Counted from the first letter of the stretch, positions 8,096-16,069 are shown. The stretch: 64,000 nt of DNA from Chitinophagales bacterium (GCA_019694955.1 JAIBAX010000001.1:109852-173851); one strand, 5' to 3'. A program made the numbers and translations. Notes: generated by a model not told the origin, from the sequence alone.

Positions 8096-8118
8096 TCAAC
8101 CCTCGAGGTTGATTTTAG
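8094..8118 (+). terminator. hairpin AATCAACC-CTCGA-GGTTGATT followed by TT (weak intrinsic terminator after the yeeE-like pair)
   Basis: 8-bp perfect stem and 5-nt loop overlapping the stop codon. The T-run is only 4 nt including the stem. Confidence 0.45.
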
Positions 8119-8197
8119 AAGGTTGTCACAAAGTAAAAGTACTAATAAAAACCACTAAATGCTGTTTTATCGGGTAATGGTTACGAAATTTTCGAAT

Positions 8198-8238
8198 TCA
8201 ACCCTCGAGGTCGATTTGAAATCAACCCTCGAGGTTGT
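8198..8238. repeat. two further copies of the TCAACCCTCGAGGT(T/C)G hairpin element
   Basis: Copies at 8198-8214 and 8221-8237, with a third at 8096-8112. The last copy encodes the C-terminal residues ...DNLEG and the stop codon of the AI-2E transporter gene. Confidence 0.6.
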
Positions 8239-9256
8239 CCATTTTTCCAAACTCATCAACATAAATCTTTATCAGCAAAATAAACATGGATAATAGAAGG
8301 GGACCAAAAATGATACCCATTAATCCAAACATATTAATACCCACAAAGACGCCAAACAAGGTGATGAGTGGGTGAATATCGGAAAATTGTTTTTGTAGAA
8401 ATATCCTAGCGATATTATCAACAGAACCTATTACCCCGAATCCCCAAATTAAAATGGCAATACCTTGCCAGGTATGCCCTATGGAAAGTTCGTAAAGCCC
8501 TAATGGCAAATATACCAGCATCGCACCTACCATTGGCACAACTGAACAGATGGCAGTCAGTAACCCCAAAAGAAGAATCTGTTCTGCACCAAATATCCAA
8601 TATCCAAACGTACCTACAATGCCTTGAACTATTGCTACGATAGGAATACCTATCGCATTACTATATACCATGCTTTTAACTTCCGTAACTACTTTTTGGT
8701 CATTACTTGCCTTAAATGGAAGATGTTTTTTTACCCATTCTTCCAGTTCCTTGTATTGCGTAAGCAAAAAATATAGGATTAAATACATGAAAAAGAAACT
8801 GCCAATTCCAGACATAGTGCCTTGAATGGTGCTTTGAACAAAACCAATGCCCTTGCTATAAACCATATTCATATCAAGTGCATCCATAATGTCGATTTGC
8901 GTTTTCGACATGATAAACTGGTTGATTTTTTCAAATATTTCATTCAATTTGCTGGTGTCATGAACAAATGGCAATATTTTGTCGATAGCAAAGGATGTCG
9001 TCCAGGCAAAGGGTAATACCAGTAAAACAATAGAAATTATCATTAAAAATAGTGCAGCTAGGGGTTTCTTCCATTTCCATTTTTCTATAAGTTTTTTTGC
9101 TACACCACGCATTATGACATATAAAGTGAGTGCACCTAAAAAACTACTCAATAGGAAATACATTTCTTTGAATAAGGTAATGCCCATAAAGATAAGCACC
9201 GCTAAAAAGGCACCTTGCCGAATAATATTGGGATGGATTTGCTTGTCTGTCATCAT
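8222..9256 (-). CDS. AI-2E family transporter (PerM/UPF0118)
   Basis: 344 aa with about 8 TM helices. The C-terminal region GSVDNIARIFLQKQFSDIHPLITLFGVFVG matches the conserved AI-2E pattern (DN..RP.l....l.hP). Confidence 0.85.
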   Translation of the reverse strand: MMTDKQIHPNIIRQGAFLAVLIFMGITLFKEMYFLLSSFLGALTLYVIMRGVAKKLIEKWKWKKPLAALFLMIISIVLLVLPFAWTTSFAIDKILPFVHDTSKLNEIFEKINQFIMSKTQIDIMDALDMNMVYSKGIGFVQSTIQGTMSGIGSFFFMYLILYFLLTQYKELEEWVKKHLPFKASNDQKVVTEVKSMVYSNAIGIPIVAIVQGIVGTFGYWIFGAEQILLLGLLTAICSVVPMVGAMLVYLPLGLYELSIGHTWQGIAILIWGFGVIGSVDNIARIFLQKQFSDIHPLITLFGVFVGINMFGLMGIIFGPLLLSMFILLIKIYVDEFGKMDNLEG

Positions 9257-9353
9257 TTCTTGTTTAATATATAAGTTCTAAGCATTTTGTTTACTAAAGA
9301 TAATAAAATAAGAGAATCAAAAAACTAAATATTTAGTTCCCTTAATGTCGAAT

Positions 9354-9707
9354 TTATTTTGATAAGCCAGTTTTGAATCCATAAACACAATGTCGGCAAC
9401 CGTTGTTACAACATTTGCCCTTTAAGTAATGGTACAGTTCAGTGAAGATAAAATGACTCCCTTCTATATAAAAATGCAATCCTTCCTCCAACGGTTCGTT
9501 TTTTTGAGGTAGTGAAAAGTTTCCCGCATACTTGACAAAATCTTCTAAAGCTTCTAGGCATTTATTGCATAAACAATCTGAAAAGTACGTCTTCGTTAAA
9601 AAGTCTCTTGTAGCAGGGGAGAGGACAATTTTGGTACAAGCGCAATTTTCTATGTCATGCACCATACATTCCATGGGTTGACCACACCTACAACAGTTTG
9701 TTTGCAT
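9354..9707 (-). CDS. cysteine-rich CWC-like / DUF5522-like protein
   Basis: N-terminal CCRCGQPMECMVHDIENCAC cluster and C-terminal CCNNGCRHCVYG motif. Domain names are from memory. Confidence 0.65.
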   Translation of the reverse strand: MQTNCCRCGQPMECMVHDIENCACTKIVLSPATRDFLTKTYFSDCLCNKCLEALEDFVKYAGNFSLPQKNEPLEEGLHFYIEGSHFIFTELYHYLKGKCCNNGCRHCVYGFKTGLSK

Positions 9708-10486
9708 TATAAGATTTTATAAGCAAATGTGGCAAAATTCATTGCGATAAATATAGCTGCTCCAATCAATATCATCTTCTTTTCTTCTCCTTCGTCTATT
9801 TCATAGTGGTTGTATATATGTGGCTTGATTAGAAACAAAAATCCAAAAAAACTTCCAAAGCAATTTAACAGCAAATACTTAATGGAACTAAAGGAGAATA
9901 ATGAAGAAGCATTTATATTTAAATTAAAGTTTAGAGATAGAGTGAATGCGAAAAAAGTACCAATTATATTAAAGACAAAATAAACTAACGTACCTTGCCA
10001 GCCCAGTTTTTTCTTTTGCCAAAGAAGGTAAAAACAAACCAGTGGCAAAATTAAAATAGCTATATATATAAAGTTCGTAAACAATCCATTGCTGTACGAT
10101 ATCCCTTTAAATACGTTCTTTGCAAACATGAATAGTTGAAAAATACCTGCACTTCCATAAATAATACAAATAGCAAGAATAATATGTTCGTCTTGCTCTT
10201 TTAGAGTGTTAACTTTTTTAAATGAATCCAGTAAATCACTGTTTGTGTCAAGAATTTCTTGCTCAACAATAATGGGTGTCGGTTTGACTTTTTTATGCGC
10301 TTCCTTCTCTTTAATCTCATTGATTTGCTGGATATAGGTGTTCTTTTCTTCATCAGTTACACCTCTCTCGGATAAAATTTCCTCGGCAGTTTGCAATGCT
10401 AGTTCTTGATAATCATCGGGTTGCATGATGATATCGATTAATTGCTCATTGGTGAGTTTTTTATAACGTTCTACAAAAGGATTCAT
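9707..10486 (-). CDS. hypothetical membrane protein
   Basis: Soluble acidic N-terminal region of about 85 aa followed by 5-6 hydrophobic helices. The stop overlaps the downstream start by 1 nt. No recognisable family. Confidence 0.55.
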   Translation of the reverse strand: MNPFVERYKKLTNEQLIDIIMQPDDYQELALQTAEEILSERGVTDEEKNTYIQQINEIKEKEAHKKVKPTPIIVEQEILDTNSDLLDSFKKVNTLKEQDEHIILAICIIYGSAGIFQLFMFAKNVFKGISYSNGLFTNFIYIAILILPLVCFYLLWQKKKLGWQGTLVYFVFNIIGTFFAFTLSLNFNLNINASSLFSFSSIKYLLLNCFGSFFGFLFLIKPHIYNHYEIDEGEEKKMILIGAAIFIAMNFATFAYKIL

Positions 10487-10534
10487 ACTGCAATAATAAT
10501 TATAAAAATGATGAAAGATACCACTTTTCGTTTT

Positions 10535-10750
10535 TCAATTTATTCCATCGCTCATATATAAAAACCGCTTTACCCATTTTCCATCCCGTTCAATGGTTTC
10601 GTCAAACATAGCTTTAGGTCGTATAAATACCTTTTCCGGAAGTTGTATGTTGTGATAAATGACAAATTCTTCGCTGGTTTCGCTATGTATAGCAACACCT
10701 GTCACCCGATAGGTATTGCCTTTGAAATGCTTATATAATCCGTTTTTCAT
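10535..10750 (-). CDS. DUF1653 domain protein
   Basis: 71 aa; YKHFKGNTYRV...AIHSETSEEFVIY matches the DUF1653 signature as I recall it. Confidence 0.7.
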   Translation of the reverse strand: MKNGLYKHFKGNTYRVTGVAIHSETSEEFVIYHNIQLPEKVFIRPKAMFDETIERDGKWVKRFLYMSDGIN

Positions 10751-11319
10751 ACGATTGATTTCAAGTATTCATTTTTATTCTTTTCCATCTGTGCAATATG
10801 ACGCAATCCGTGTTGTGCTAGAAAATAAATATAAGCATACACATCAATTTTACCTAGTTCATTAACTGACATAGTGGTTTTATACAATACACCTTCACCA
10901 TTAGACAACTGTTGAAGGTAATCTAAGCAGGTTGCCAATTGTTCTTTCAGCCATCGCCTTACTTCCTCTTCCGTTTTTTCTCCGTTCGGCTCCATGTGCT
11001 CAGGTCTGATCCATTTGAAAGATTGATGGATGCCTACTTCTGTTAGTGCTTTAGATGGAAATGTATAATCACGTAAAGTGGCCTCCAAATCTAATCCGTG
11101 AATATTCTGCAGTGCTTTTCTAGTGCCTTTTTGAATGATGATTAATAAGAAATGATTGGTTAAAGCAATATGCTCCAAAATTTGTGTGATGTTCCATCCA
11201 CCATTTTCGGGAAAATACGCTTTTAACACTTGAGGTTGGTCAAACCATTTGTCTATTTCTGAAAAAGTAGCAGTAAGCGAATGTCGAATTTCACTTATTA
11301 TTTCATCGATGCTCATCAT
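10747..11319 (-). CDS. DinB family protein
   Basis: 190 aa helical-bundle protein with spaced His residues (ILEHIALTNHF, AQHGLRHIAQM), typical of the DinB/YfiT metal-binding triad. 4-nt overlap with the downstream gene. Confidence 0.7.
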   Translation of the reverse strand: MMSIDEIISEIRHSLTATFSEIDKWFDQPQVLKAYFPENGGWNITQILEHIALTNHFLLIIIQKGTRKALQNIHGLDLEATLRDYTFPSKALTEVGIHQSFKWIRPEHMEPNGEKTEEEVRRWLKEQLATCLDYLQQLSNGEGVLYKTTMSVNELGKIDVYAYIYFLAQHGLRHIAQMEKNKNEYLKSIV

Positions 11320-11368
11320 AATTATTTATCAAAACGAATATGCAAGATAAGAAAAAAGTTCATGATTC

Positions 11369-11581
11369 ATGGAGTAATTGGGGATGTGAAGATTTGAATA
11401 TGTGGAGATGTGAAGATGAGGGAATTTGAAGATGTGGGAATTTGGGAATTTGGGGAATTGAAGATGTGGAAATGTGGGGATTTGGGGATTTGAAGATGAG
11501 GGAATTTGGAAATGTGGAGATTTGAAGATGTGGGGAATTTGAGAATTTGGAGATTTGAAGATGTGGAAATTTGGAAATGTT
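11369..11581 (+). repeat. 213-nt cytosine-free tract of degenerate short tandem units (GGAATTTG / GAAGATGTG / GGGGATTTG)
   Basis: Read directly: there is no C between 11369 and 11581 on the plus strand. Units of 7-9 nt are reiterated about 25 times. Two overlapping low-complexity ORFs on the minus strand are artefacts of it. Confidence 0.85.
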
Positions 11582-11674
11582 CATGGTAAATTTGGGTAAG
11601 TCTATAGTCAATAGACCACAATCGACCGCAGTTAATGGTTAATGGTCATTGCACTAAAAACTAATCACTTAATT

Positions 11675-11708
11675 GTCGCAAGACACAAAACGAATATCGC
11701 TGTACTAA
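11675..11708 (+). repeat. 34-nt conserved core GTCGCA-N10-ACGAATATCGCTGTACTAA, copy D
   Basis: gtcgcaagacacaaaacgaatatcgctgtactaa. It shares its first 6 nt and last 18 nt exactly with the three copies at 35364, 35544 and 35708. It is followed at 11749-11763 by GCATTCGTGGCAAA, which is also present in the 35.4-kb locus. Confidence 0.7.
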
Positions 11709-11807
11709 TCAAAGGCTTTTGCCACTAATCGCCAAAGACTTAATTCGTGCATTCGTGGCAAATAAAGTGCACAATTTACGTTAAATTTGGGTATGTCACT
11801 GGACTAA

Positions 11808-12551
11808 TTACATTTGAAACTTATACCCGATACCTCGAATTGTTTGAATATGCTCTTTTCCAATTTTTTTGCGCAATTTTTTGATATGGGTGTCGATATT
11901 TCTATCTCCGACAATGATGTTGTCGCCCCAGATTTTTTTGAGGATATAATTTCTTCTAAAAACTTTTCCAGGGATAGTCGTTAGCAAGATAAGTACTTGA
12001 ATTTCTTTCTTGGATAATTTCAGCGAAACGCCTTTTTTATATACGAGCAACTGCTCTTCATCGATTTCTAAGTTGCCAAATTTTTTAACAGGGTTCGGCA
12101 GTTCTTCTTTTTCAAAAGTCCTGCGAAACAAGGCATTTAATTTAGCTATCAGCAACCTTGTGCGCATGGGTTTCTTTAGAAAATCATCTGCACCTGCTTC
12201 ATATGCGGCAATTTGTGTGAAGTCTTCAATTCTATCCGTATAGAAAAGAATTAATGAATCTGTTAACCCAACATTTGATTTTAAGTCCCAACATACTTCG
12301 ATGCCATCCATGTCATCAAACTCAATATCGAGCATAATCATTTCCGGAATATTGGCTTTGGCGGCTTCGAGTAGTTCCTTGCCGTTAGAAAATGTTGCAA
12401 CAGCAAATTCGGTAGATTTGAGCGCTTCCGCAAACTCTTCCCTGGCAGCCTCAGATTTATCTGCGTAGTAAATATGATATTTATCCGGTTTCATCGAAGC
12501 TAATGTTTCCTCGAAATTAGGACTTTTTATCTTATTGTTTTTGGAAGGCAT
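11808..12551 (-). CDS. OmpR/PhoB-type response regulator
   Basis: Receiver domain (MLDIEFDDMDG phospho-acceptor region, FYTD, LKKP) plus a C-terminal winged-helix (IDTHIKKLRKKI...IQTIRGIGYKF). No adjacent histidine kinase. Confidence 0.85.
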   Translation of the reverse strand: MPSKNNKIKSPNFEETLASMKPDKYHIYYADKSEAAREEFAEALKSTEFAVATFSNGKELLEAAKANIPEMIMLDIEFDDMDGIEVCWDLKSNVGLTDSLILFYTDRIEDFTQIAAYEAGADDFLKKPMRTRLLIAKLNALFRRTFEKEELPNPVKKFGNLEIDEEQLLVYKKGVSLKLSKKEIQVLILLTTIPGKVFRRNYILKKIWGDNIIVGDRNIDTHIKKLRKKIGKEHIQTIRGIGYKFQM

Positions 12552-12639
12552 GACAAGCTAAGATTATCTTTAGGTGTAAAGAAAAAGTAAAAATTCTTAT
12601 AGTGTACACATACGAAAGCATATTTTTTACAATAACTAC

Positions 12640-13890
12640 TCATTTAACTATAAAACGCCCTATTTTATGGTGATTTTCTTTTGTGTCAATTATGTGAAGA
12701 AAATAAACTCCACTGGTGATAGATAGGTTTTTAATATTTAACTGCTCCGGTAAATGCTTCCCTTCCGCAATTACTTTTCCGGAATTGTCTATGATTTGGT
12801 AGGCAAAACTGCTGTTCAACTTCTGAAAATCTTTCAAAATTAAGACATCTGTCACAGGATTGGGGTATAATTGCACTTCCTCGGCCTGATAGTTTTGTAT
12901 TACACCTACGGAAATATAATCTGGGTTGCACGATAAAAATTGATATAGAAATGTTGGCAATGTATTCCAAAGGGTATCCCACCCGGGTTGTAGAGGCACA
13001 TCCCCATCTTTATAAGGAACATGAGCATTTCCGGGCAATGATATAAATAATGCGTGCATGCCAAGGCTATCTGTTCTTTCATGTATTTGCTTACTGCCCG
13101 CAACAATGGGTAAGGTAGGTATATAATAGGGGAATCCATAGCCATACGGAATGGTTAAGTCGCCAACACTGTGCATCGAATAGATAGGAATCGTAGTATT
13201 ATTGTTCATATAATCTTGATCTCTGATACATCCACTAACATTTACTACTGCTTTCACCCAAGAACTATACCCGGGATTCCCACTGTTTCCTTCCATGCCA
13301 CCTAGGAAATTTACATAGTGTTGGTAATCAGGTTCCAATTCGTTGATATCATCCATATAGGCATGATGGATAGCAGTAATAGCACCTGCAGAAGCACCTC
13401 CTAGAAATATCTCTGAAGGATTGATACGCCATTGATTGTCATTTTCTGCATAATCTTTTCTAAAATACCTAACCGCAGCCTTGGAGTCTTGTACAGCACG
13501 CATCACTGCTTTAATCATAATTTCAGGGAAAGCCAATACCAATGGGTTGTTTTCTAATCTATAATCTATACTAACGGCTACATATCCTCTTTTTGCAAAT
13601 TCATTACAAATCAAGGAAGCCTCCGCAACATTTTTATCGCCACCAAAAAAACTTCCGCCATGCAAATAAATCATTAGTGGGCGCATGGCAAGTGTGTCAC
13701 CTTCCGGCTCATAAATGTCCATAAGCAGGTCTTGTGCGATGCCATTGCTTTTTTTTGCCGCGCCATACTGAATGTCTTTGGTGATTTTTATATTTGTAAA
13801 TATTGGATTCAGATACCTGTCACCACAACTCGCCTGCAACAAGGTATTCAACATAAAGAAAACAGAACATAATATCCATACTTTTTTCAT
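12640..13890 (-). CDS. secreted alpha/beta-hydrolase (carboxylesterase/lipase-like) with T9SS C-terminal domain
   Basis: Signal peptide, oxyanion-hole motif YLHGGSFFGGD and nucleophile elbow GGASAGA. C-terminal LYPNPVTDVLIL...IIDNSGK...SGVYFLHI...GRFIVK fits the T9SS sorting domain. Confidence 0.8.
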   Translation of the reverse strand: MKKVWILCSVFFMLNTLLQASCGDRYLNPIFTNIKITKDIQYGAAKKSNGIAQDLLMDIYEPEGDTLAMRPLMIYLHGGSFFGGDKNVAEASLICNEFAKRGYVAVSIDYRLENNPLVLAFPEIMIKAVMRAVQDSKAAVRYFRKDYAENDNQWRINPSEIFLGGASAGAITAIHHAYMDDINELEPDYQHYVNFLGGMEGNSGNPGYSSWVKAVVNVSGCIRDQDYMNNNTTIPIYSMHSVGDLTIPYGYGFPYYIPTLPIVAGSKQIHERTDSLGMHALFISLPGNAHVPYKDGDVPLQPGWDTLWNTLPTFLYQFLSCNPDYISVGVIQNYQAEEVQLYPNPVTDVLILKDFQKLNSSFAYQIIDNSGKVIAEGKHLPEQLNIKNLSITSGVYFLHIIDTKENHHKIGRFIVK

Positions 13891-13971
13891 AGTGGCTATT
13901 TTAGTTTATGATATTCAATGACGTTAAGTTAAGTAATAAATCCTTGAAAGAAAAATAGTATACATACATTT

Positions 13972-14054
13972 TTAACCGCCAAAATGCATAGGACGCACAA
14001 AATTTGTAGAGATTTCTTTGTGAACTTTGTATATGCTTAGCGCCTTTGCGGTAA
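13972..14054 (-). repeat. REP/MITE-like element with TTAACCGC...GCGGTAA termini (ACCGCAAAG family)
   Basis: The reverse complement reads ttaccgcaaaggcgctaagcatatacaaagttcacaaag...ttggcggttaa. It is related to 44534-44635 in the opposite orientation. Confidence 0.55.
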
Positions 14055-14171
14055 AAATCATTATTACTGACATATATTCTTATTCATAACCCCACTAACT
14101 TAACAAGTTTGATATAAATTTAAGTAAAATGATAAACTTTTTACCGATTTTTACCTTATATAATAAACGTT

Positions 14172-14759
14172 ATGAAAAAAATATGGATTGTCGCAGTTTT
14201 TATATCACTATTCTCTTGTAAGCAAGGGAAAGATGTTTCTAATGAACATACACAAGTAAAAGCACCTACTCACCCAACAAGCGTGTACGATTTTACAATG
14301 AAGACTTTGTACGGAGAAGATAAGAAATTGTCAGATTTTAAAGGTAAAGTCTTGGTCATTGTGAACACCGCCAGTAAATGCGGACTTACGCCACAGTATG
14401 CGGAAATAGAAGCCTTCTACAATAACTATAAAGACAAAGGCGTGGAAGTACTCGGTTTTCCGGCAAATAATTTTCTCTGGCAAGAACCGGGTACTGATGA
14501 TGAAATTGCTAAATTCTGTGAGGAAAATTATGGTGTTTCCTTTACCATGTTTTCAAAAATTTCTGTAAAAGGTAAAGATATAGACCCATTGTACAGTTAT
14601 TTAACAAAAAAAGAGAACAATGGTGTTTTAGATGCAGATGTATCTTGGAACTTTCAAAAATTTGTAATCGATAGGAATGGAAAGCTAATCACCTTCTTCA
14701 CACCTAAAACCACCGTTACATCTCCCGAATTTCTGAAAACAATTGACGGTTTGTTATAA
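14172..14759 (+). CDS. gpx: glutathione peroxidase (lipoprotein-type signal)
   Basis: NTASKCGLTPQY active-site region, GFPANNF and WNFQKF motifs. The N-terminus VFISLFSC suggests lipoprotein processing. A Cys, not TGA, sits at the catalytic site. Confidence 0.9.
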   Translation: MKKIWIVAVFISLFSCKQGKDVSNEHTQVKAPTHPTSVYDFTMKTLYGEDKKLSDFKGKVLVIVNTASKCGLTPQYAEIEAFYNNYKDKGVEVLGFPANNFLWQEPGTDDEIAKFCEENYGVSFTMFSKISVKGKDIDPLYSYLTKKENNGVLDADVSWNFQKFVIDRNGKLITFFTPKTTVTSPEFLKTIDGLL

Positions 14760-14898
14760 TTTTTTTATATTGAAAATCAATCACTTGTAATTTATTTTTA
14801 TTTTTTTTGAATTTTTCTTCATTTTTTTCGTGGAATTTTTGTGGTTTCTGTATCTATATAATCGAACACGATTGATTAACAAATTAAAACACAAAATT

Positions 14899-15240
14899 AT
14901 GAACACGATCAAAAATCAGGTACAACTCATCGGACATTTAGGTAAAGACCCTGAAGTAAGAAAATTCGAAAGCGGAAAAGTAAGGGCAGCATTTAGCCTA
15001 GCTACCACCGACAGTTACGTAAACCAAAACGGCGAAAAAGTGAAAGATACCCAATGGCATAATGTAGTCGTATGGGGACAAACTGCGAAAGTAGTGGAAA
15101 AATACTTGCATAAAGGGAGTGAAGTGGCCATTCAAGGGAAGCTGATGTATCGAAATTATGAAGATAAAGACGGTCAAAAGCGGTATATGACAGAAATTAT
15201 GGCCAACGAACTCATGCTGATGGACAAGCAACAAAATTAA
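14899..15240 (+). CDS. ssb: single-stranded DNA-binding protein (short form, no acidic tail)
   Basis: OB-fold signature NQVQLIGHLGKDPEVR...TQWHNVVVWG...GSEVAIQGKL. Ends ...LMLMDKQQN, without the Gly-rich linker or DDDIPF tip. Confidence 0.85.
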   Translation: MNTIKNQVQLIGHLGKDPEVRKFESGKVRAAFSLATTDSYVNQNGEKVKDTQWHNVVVWGQTAKVVEKYLHKGSEVAIQGKLMYRNYEDKDGQKRYMTEIMANELMLMDKQQN

Positions 15241-15260
15241 TCCGCCATAACAAGCCGTGC

Positions 15261-15290
15261 AAAGCAGATCCTCAGCGATCTGCTTTTGTC
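15261..15290 (+). terminator. intrinsic terminator after ssb
   Basis: Perfect 10-bp stem AAAGCAGATC/GATCTGCTTT with a 6-nt loop, followed by TTTTG. Confidence 0.7.
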
Positions 15291-15310
15291 GTCAGAATAC
15301 TGCTTAAATA

Positions 15311-15374
15311 GACCTGACAGGTTTTCAAAACCTGTTAGGTCTTAACGCTTGAAGGGTTCTAAACCTGTTAGGTC
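15311..15374. repeat. palindromic element GACCTGACAGGTTTTCAAAACCTGTTAGGTC plus a downstream half copy
   Basis: The 15-nt arms are complementary with one G-T pair (15311-15341). The half copy AAACCTGTTAGGTC lies at 15361-15374. Confidence 0.6.
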
Positions 15375-15465
15375 TCTCAATGCGATATTGCGGCAATTTG
15401 AGTTAAAATCTCATTAAATATCGACTCTTTTGAACAAATCTCAAAAGAAATGGTTAGGTTTGATT

Positions 15466-16065
15466 ATGGAAAAGTATTTTAAAGAGGAAATTATAAAAGA
15501 GGAAATCACGGAGTCTTTGAGTGATAACTATACCAAGATTTTAGATTTGTTAGGAGAGGACAGCCATCGTGAAGGGCTGATTAAGACACCCGAACGCGTT
15601 GCTAAGGCTATGCAGTTTATTACCCAAGGTTATAAAATAGACCCGCAAGAGATTTTGACATCAGCCATTTTTCATGAAGAAAATAGCGAAATGGTTATTG
15701 TAAAAGATATAGAATTATTTTCCTTATGTGAACATCATATGTTGCCATTCTTTGGGAAAGCACATGTTGCCTATATTCCAAACGGAAAAATTACAGGACT
15801 CAGTAAAATCGCTAGGGTGGTAGATGCTTACTCTAGAAGATTGCAAGTGCAAGAACGCTTGACCATACAAATTCGAGATTGCATACAAGATGCATTGCAA
15901 CCTTTGGGTGTTGCTGTTGTTATCGAAGCTAAGCACTTATGTATGATGATGCGGGGTGTACAGAAGCAAAATTCTATAACGACTACCTCCGCTTTTGTTG
16001 GCGAGTTCCAACAATCCGCCACCCGGTCAGAATTTTTAAAATTGATAGCCGCTAGCTTAAGCTAA
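15466..16065 (+). CDS. folE: GTP cyclohydrolase I
   Basis: [34 protein letters not shown] and QVQERLT motifs are the FolE type I signature. ATG 15466 is preferred over the TTG at 15430. Confidence 0.9.
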   Translation: MEKYFKEEIIKEEITESLSDNYTKILDLLGEDSHREGLIKTPERVAKAMQFITQGYKIDPQEILTSAIFHEENSEMVIVKDIELFSLCEHHMLPFFGKAHVAYIPNGKITGLSKIARVVDAYSRRLQVQERLTIQIRDCIQDALQPLGVAVVIEAKHLCMMMRGVQKQNSITTTSAFVGEFQQSATRSEFLKLIAASLS

Positions 16066-16069
16066 ATTC

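Noticed and set aside
11436-11502. G-quadruplex potential (GGG-N5-GGG-N5-GGGG ... GGGG-N4-GGGG)
   Set aside because: Any set of four G-runs here needs at least one long loop (12 or 20 nt). Formation is therefore speculative, and the G-runs are a side effect of the repeat units.
11360-11621. Two overlapping minus-strand ORFs encoding PHLQISKF / SSNLQI low-complexity proteins
   Set aside because: Both are translations of the cytosine-free short-unit repeat in two frames. Mutually overlapping frames and pure repeat composition argue against coding.
11756-11771. Sigma-54-like promoter TGGCA-N7-TGCA with correct GG-to-GC spacing
   Set aside because: It points into the 3' end of a convergently oriented gene. 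The equivalent GCATTCGTGGCAAA copies at 35443-35460 and 35623-35640 lack the -12 GC element at the right spacing.
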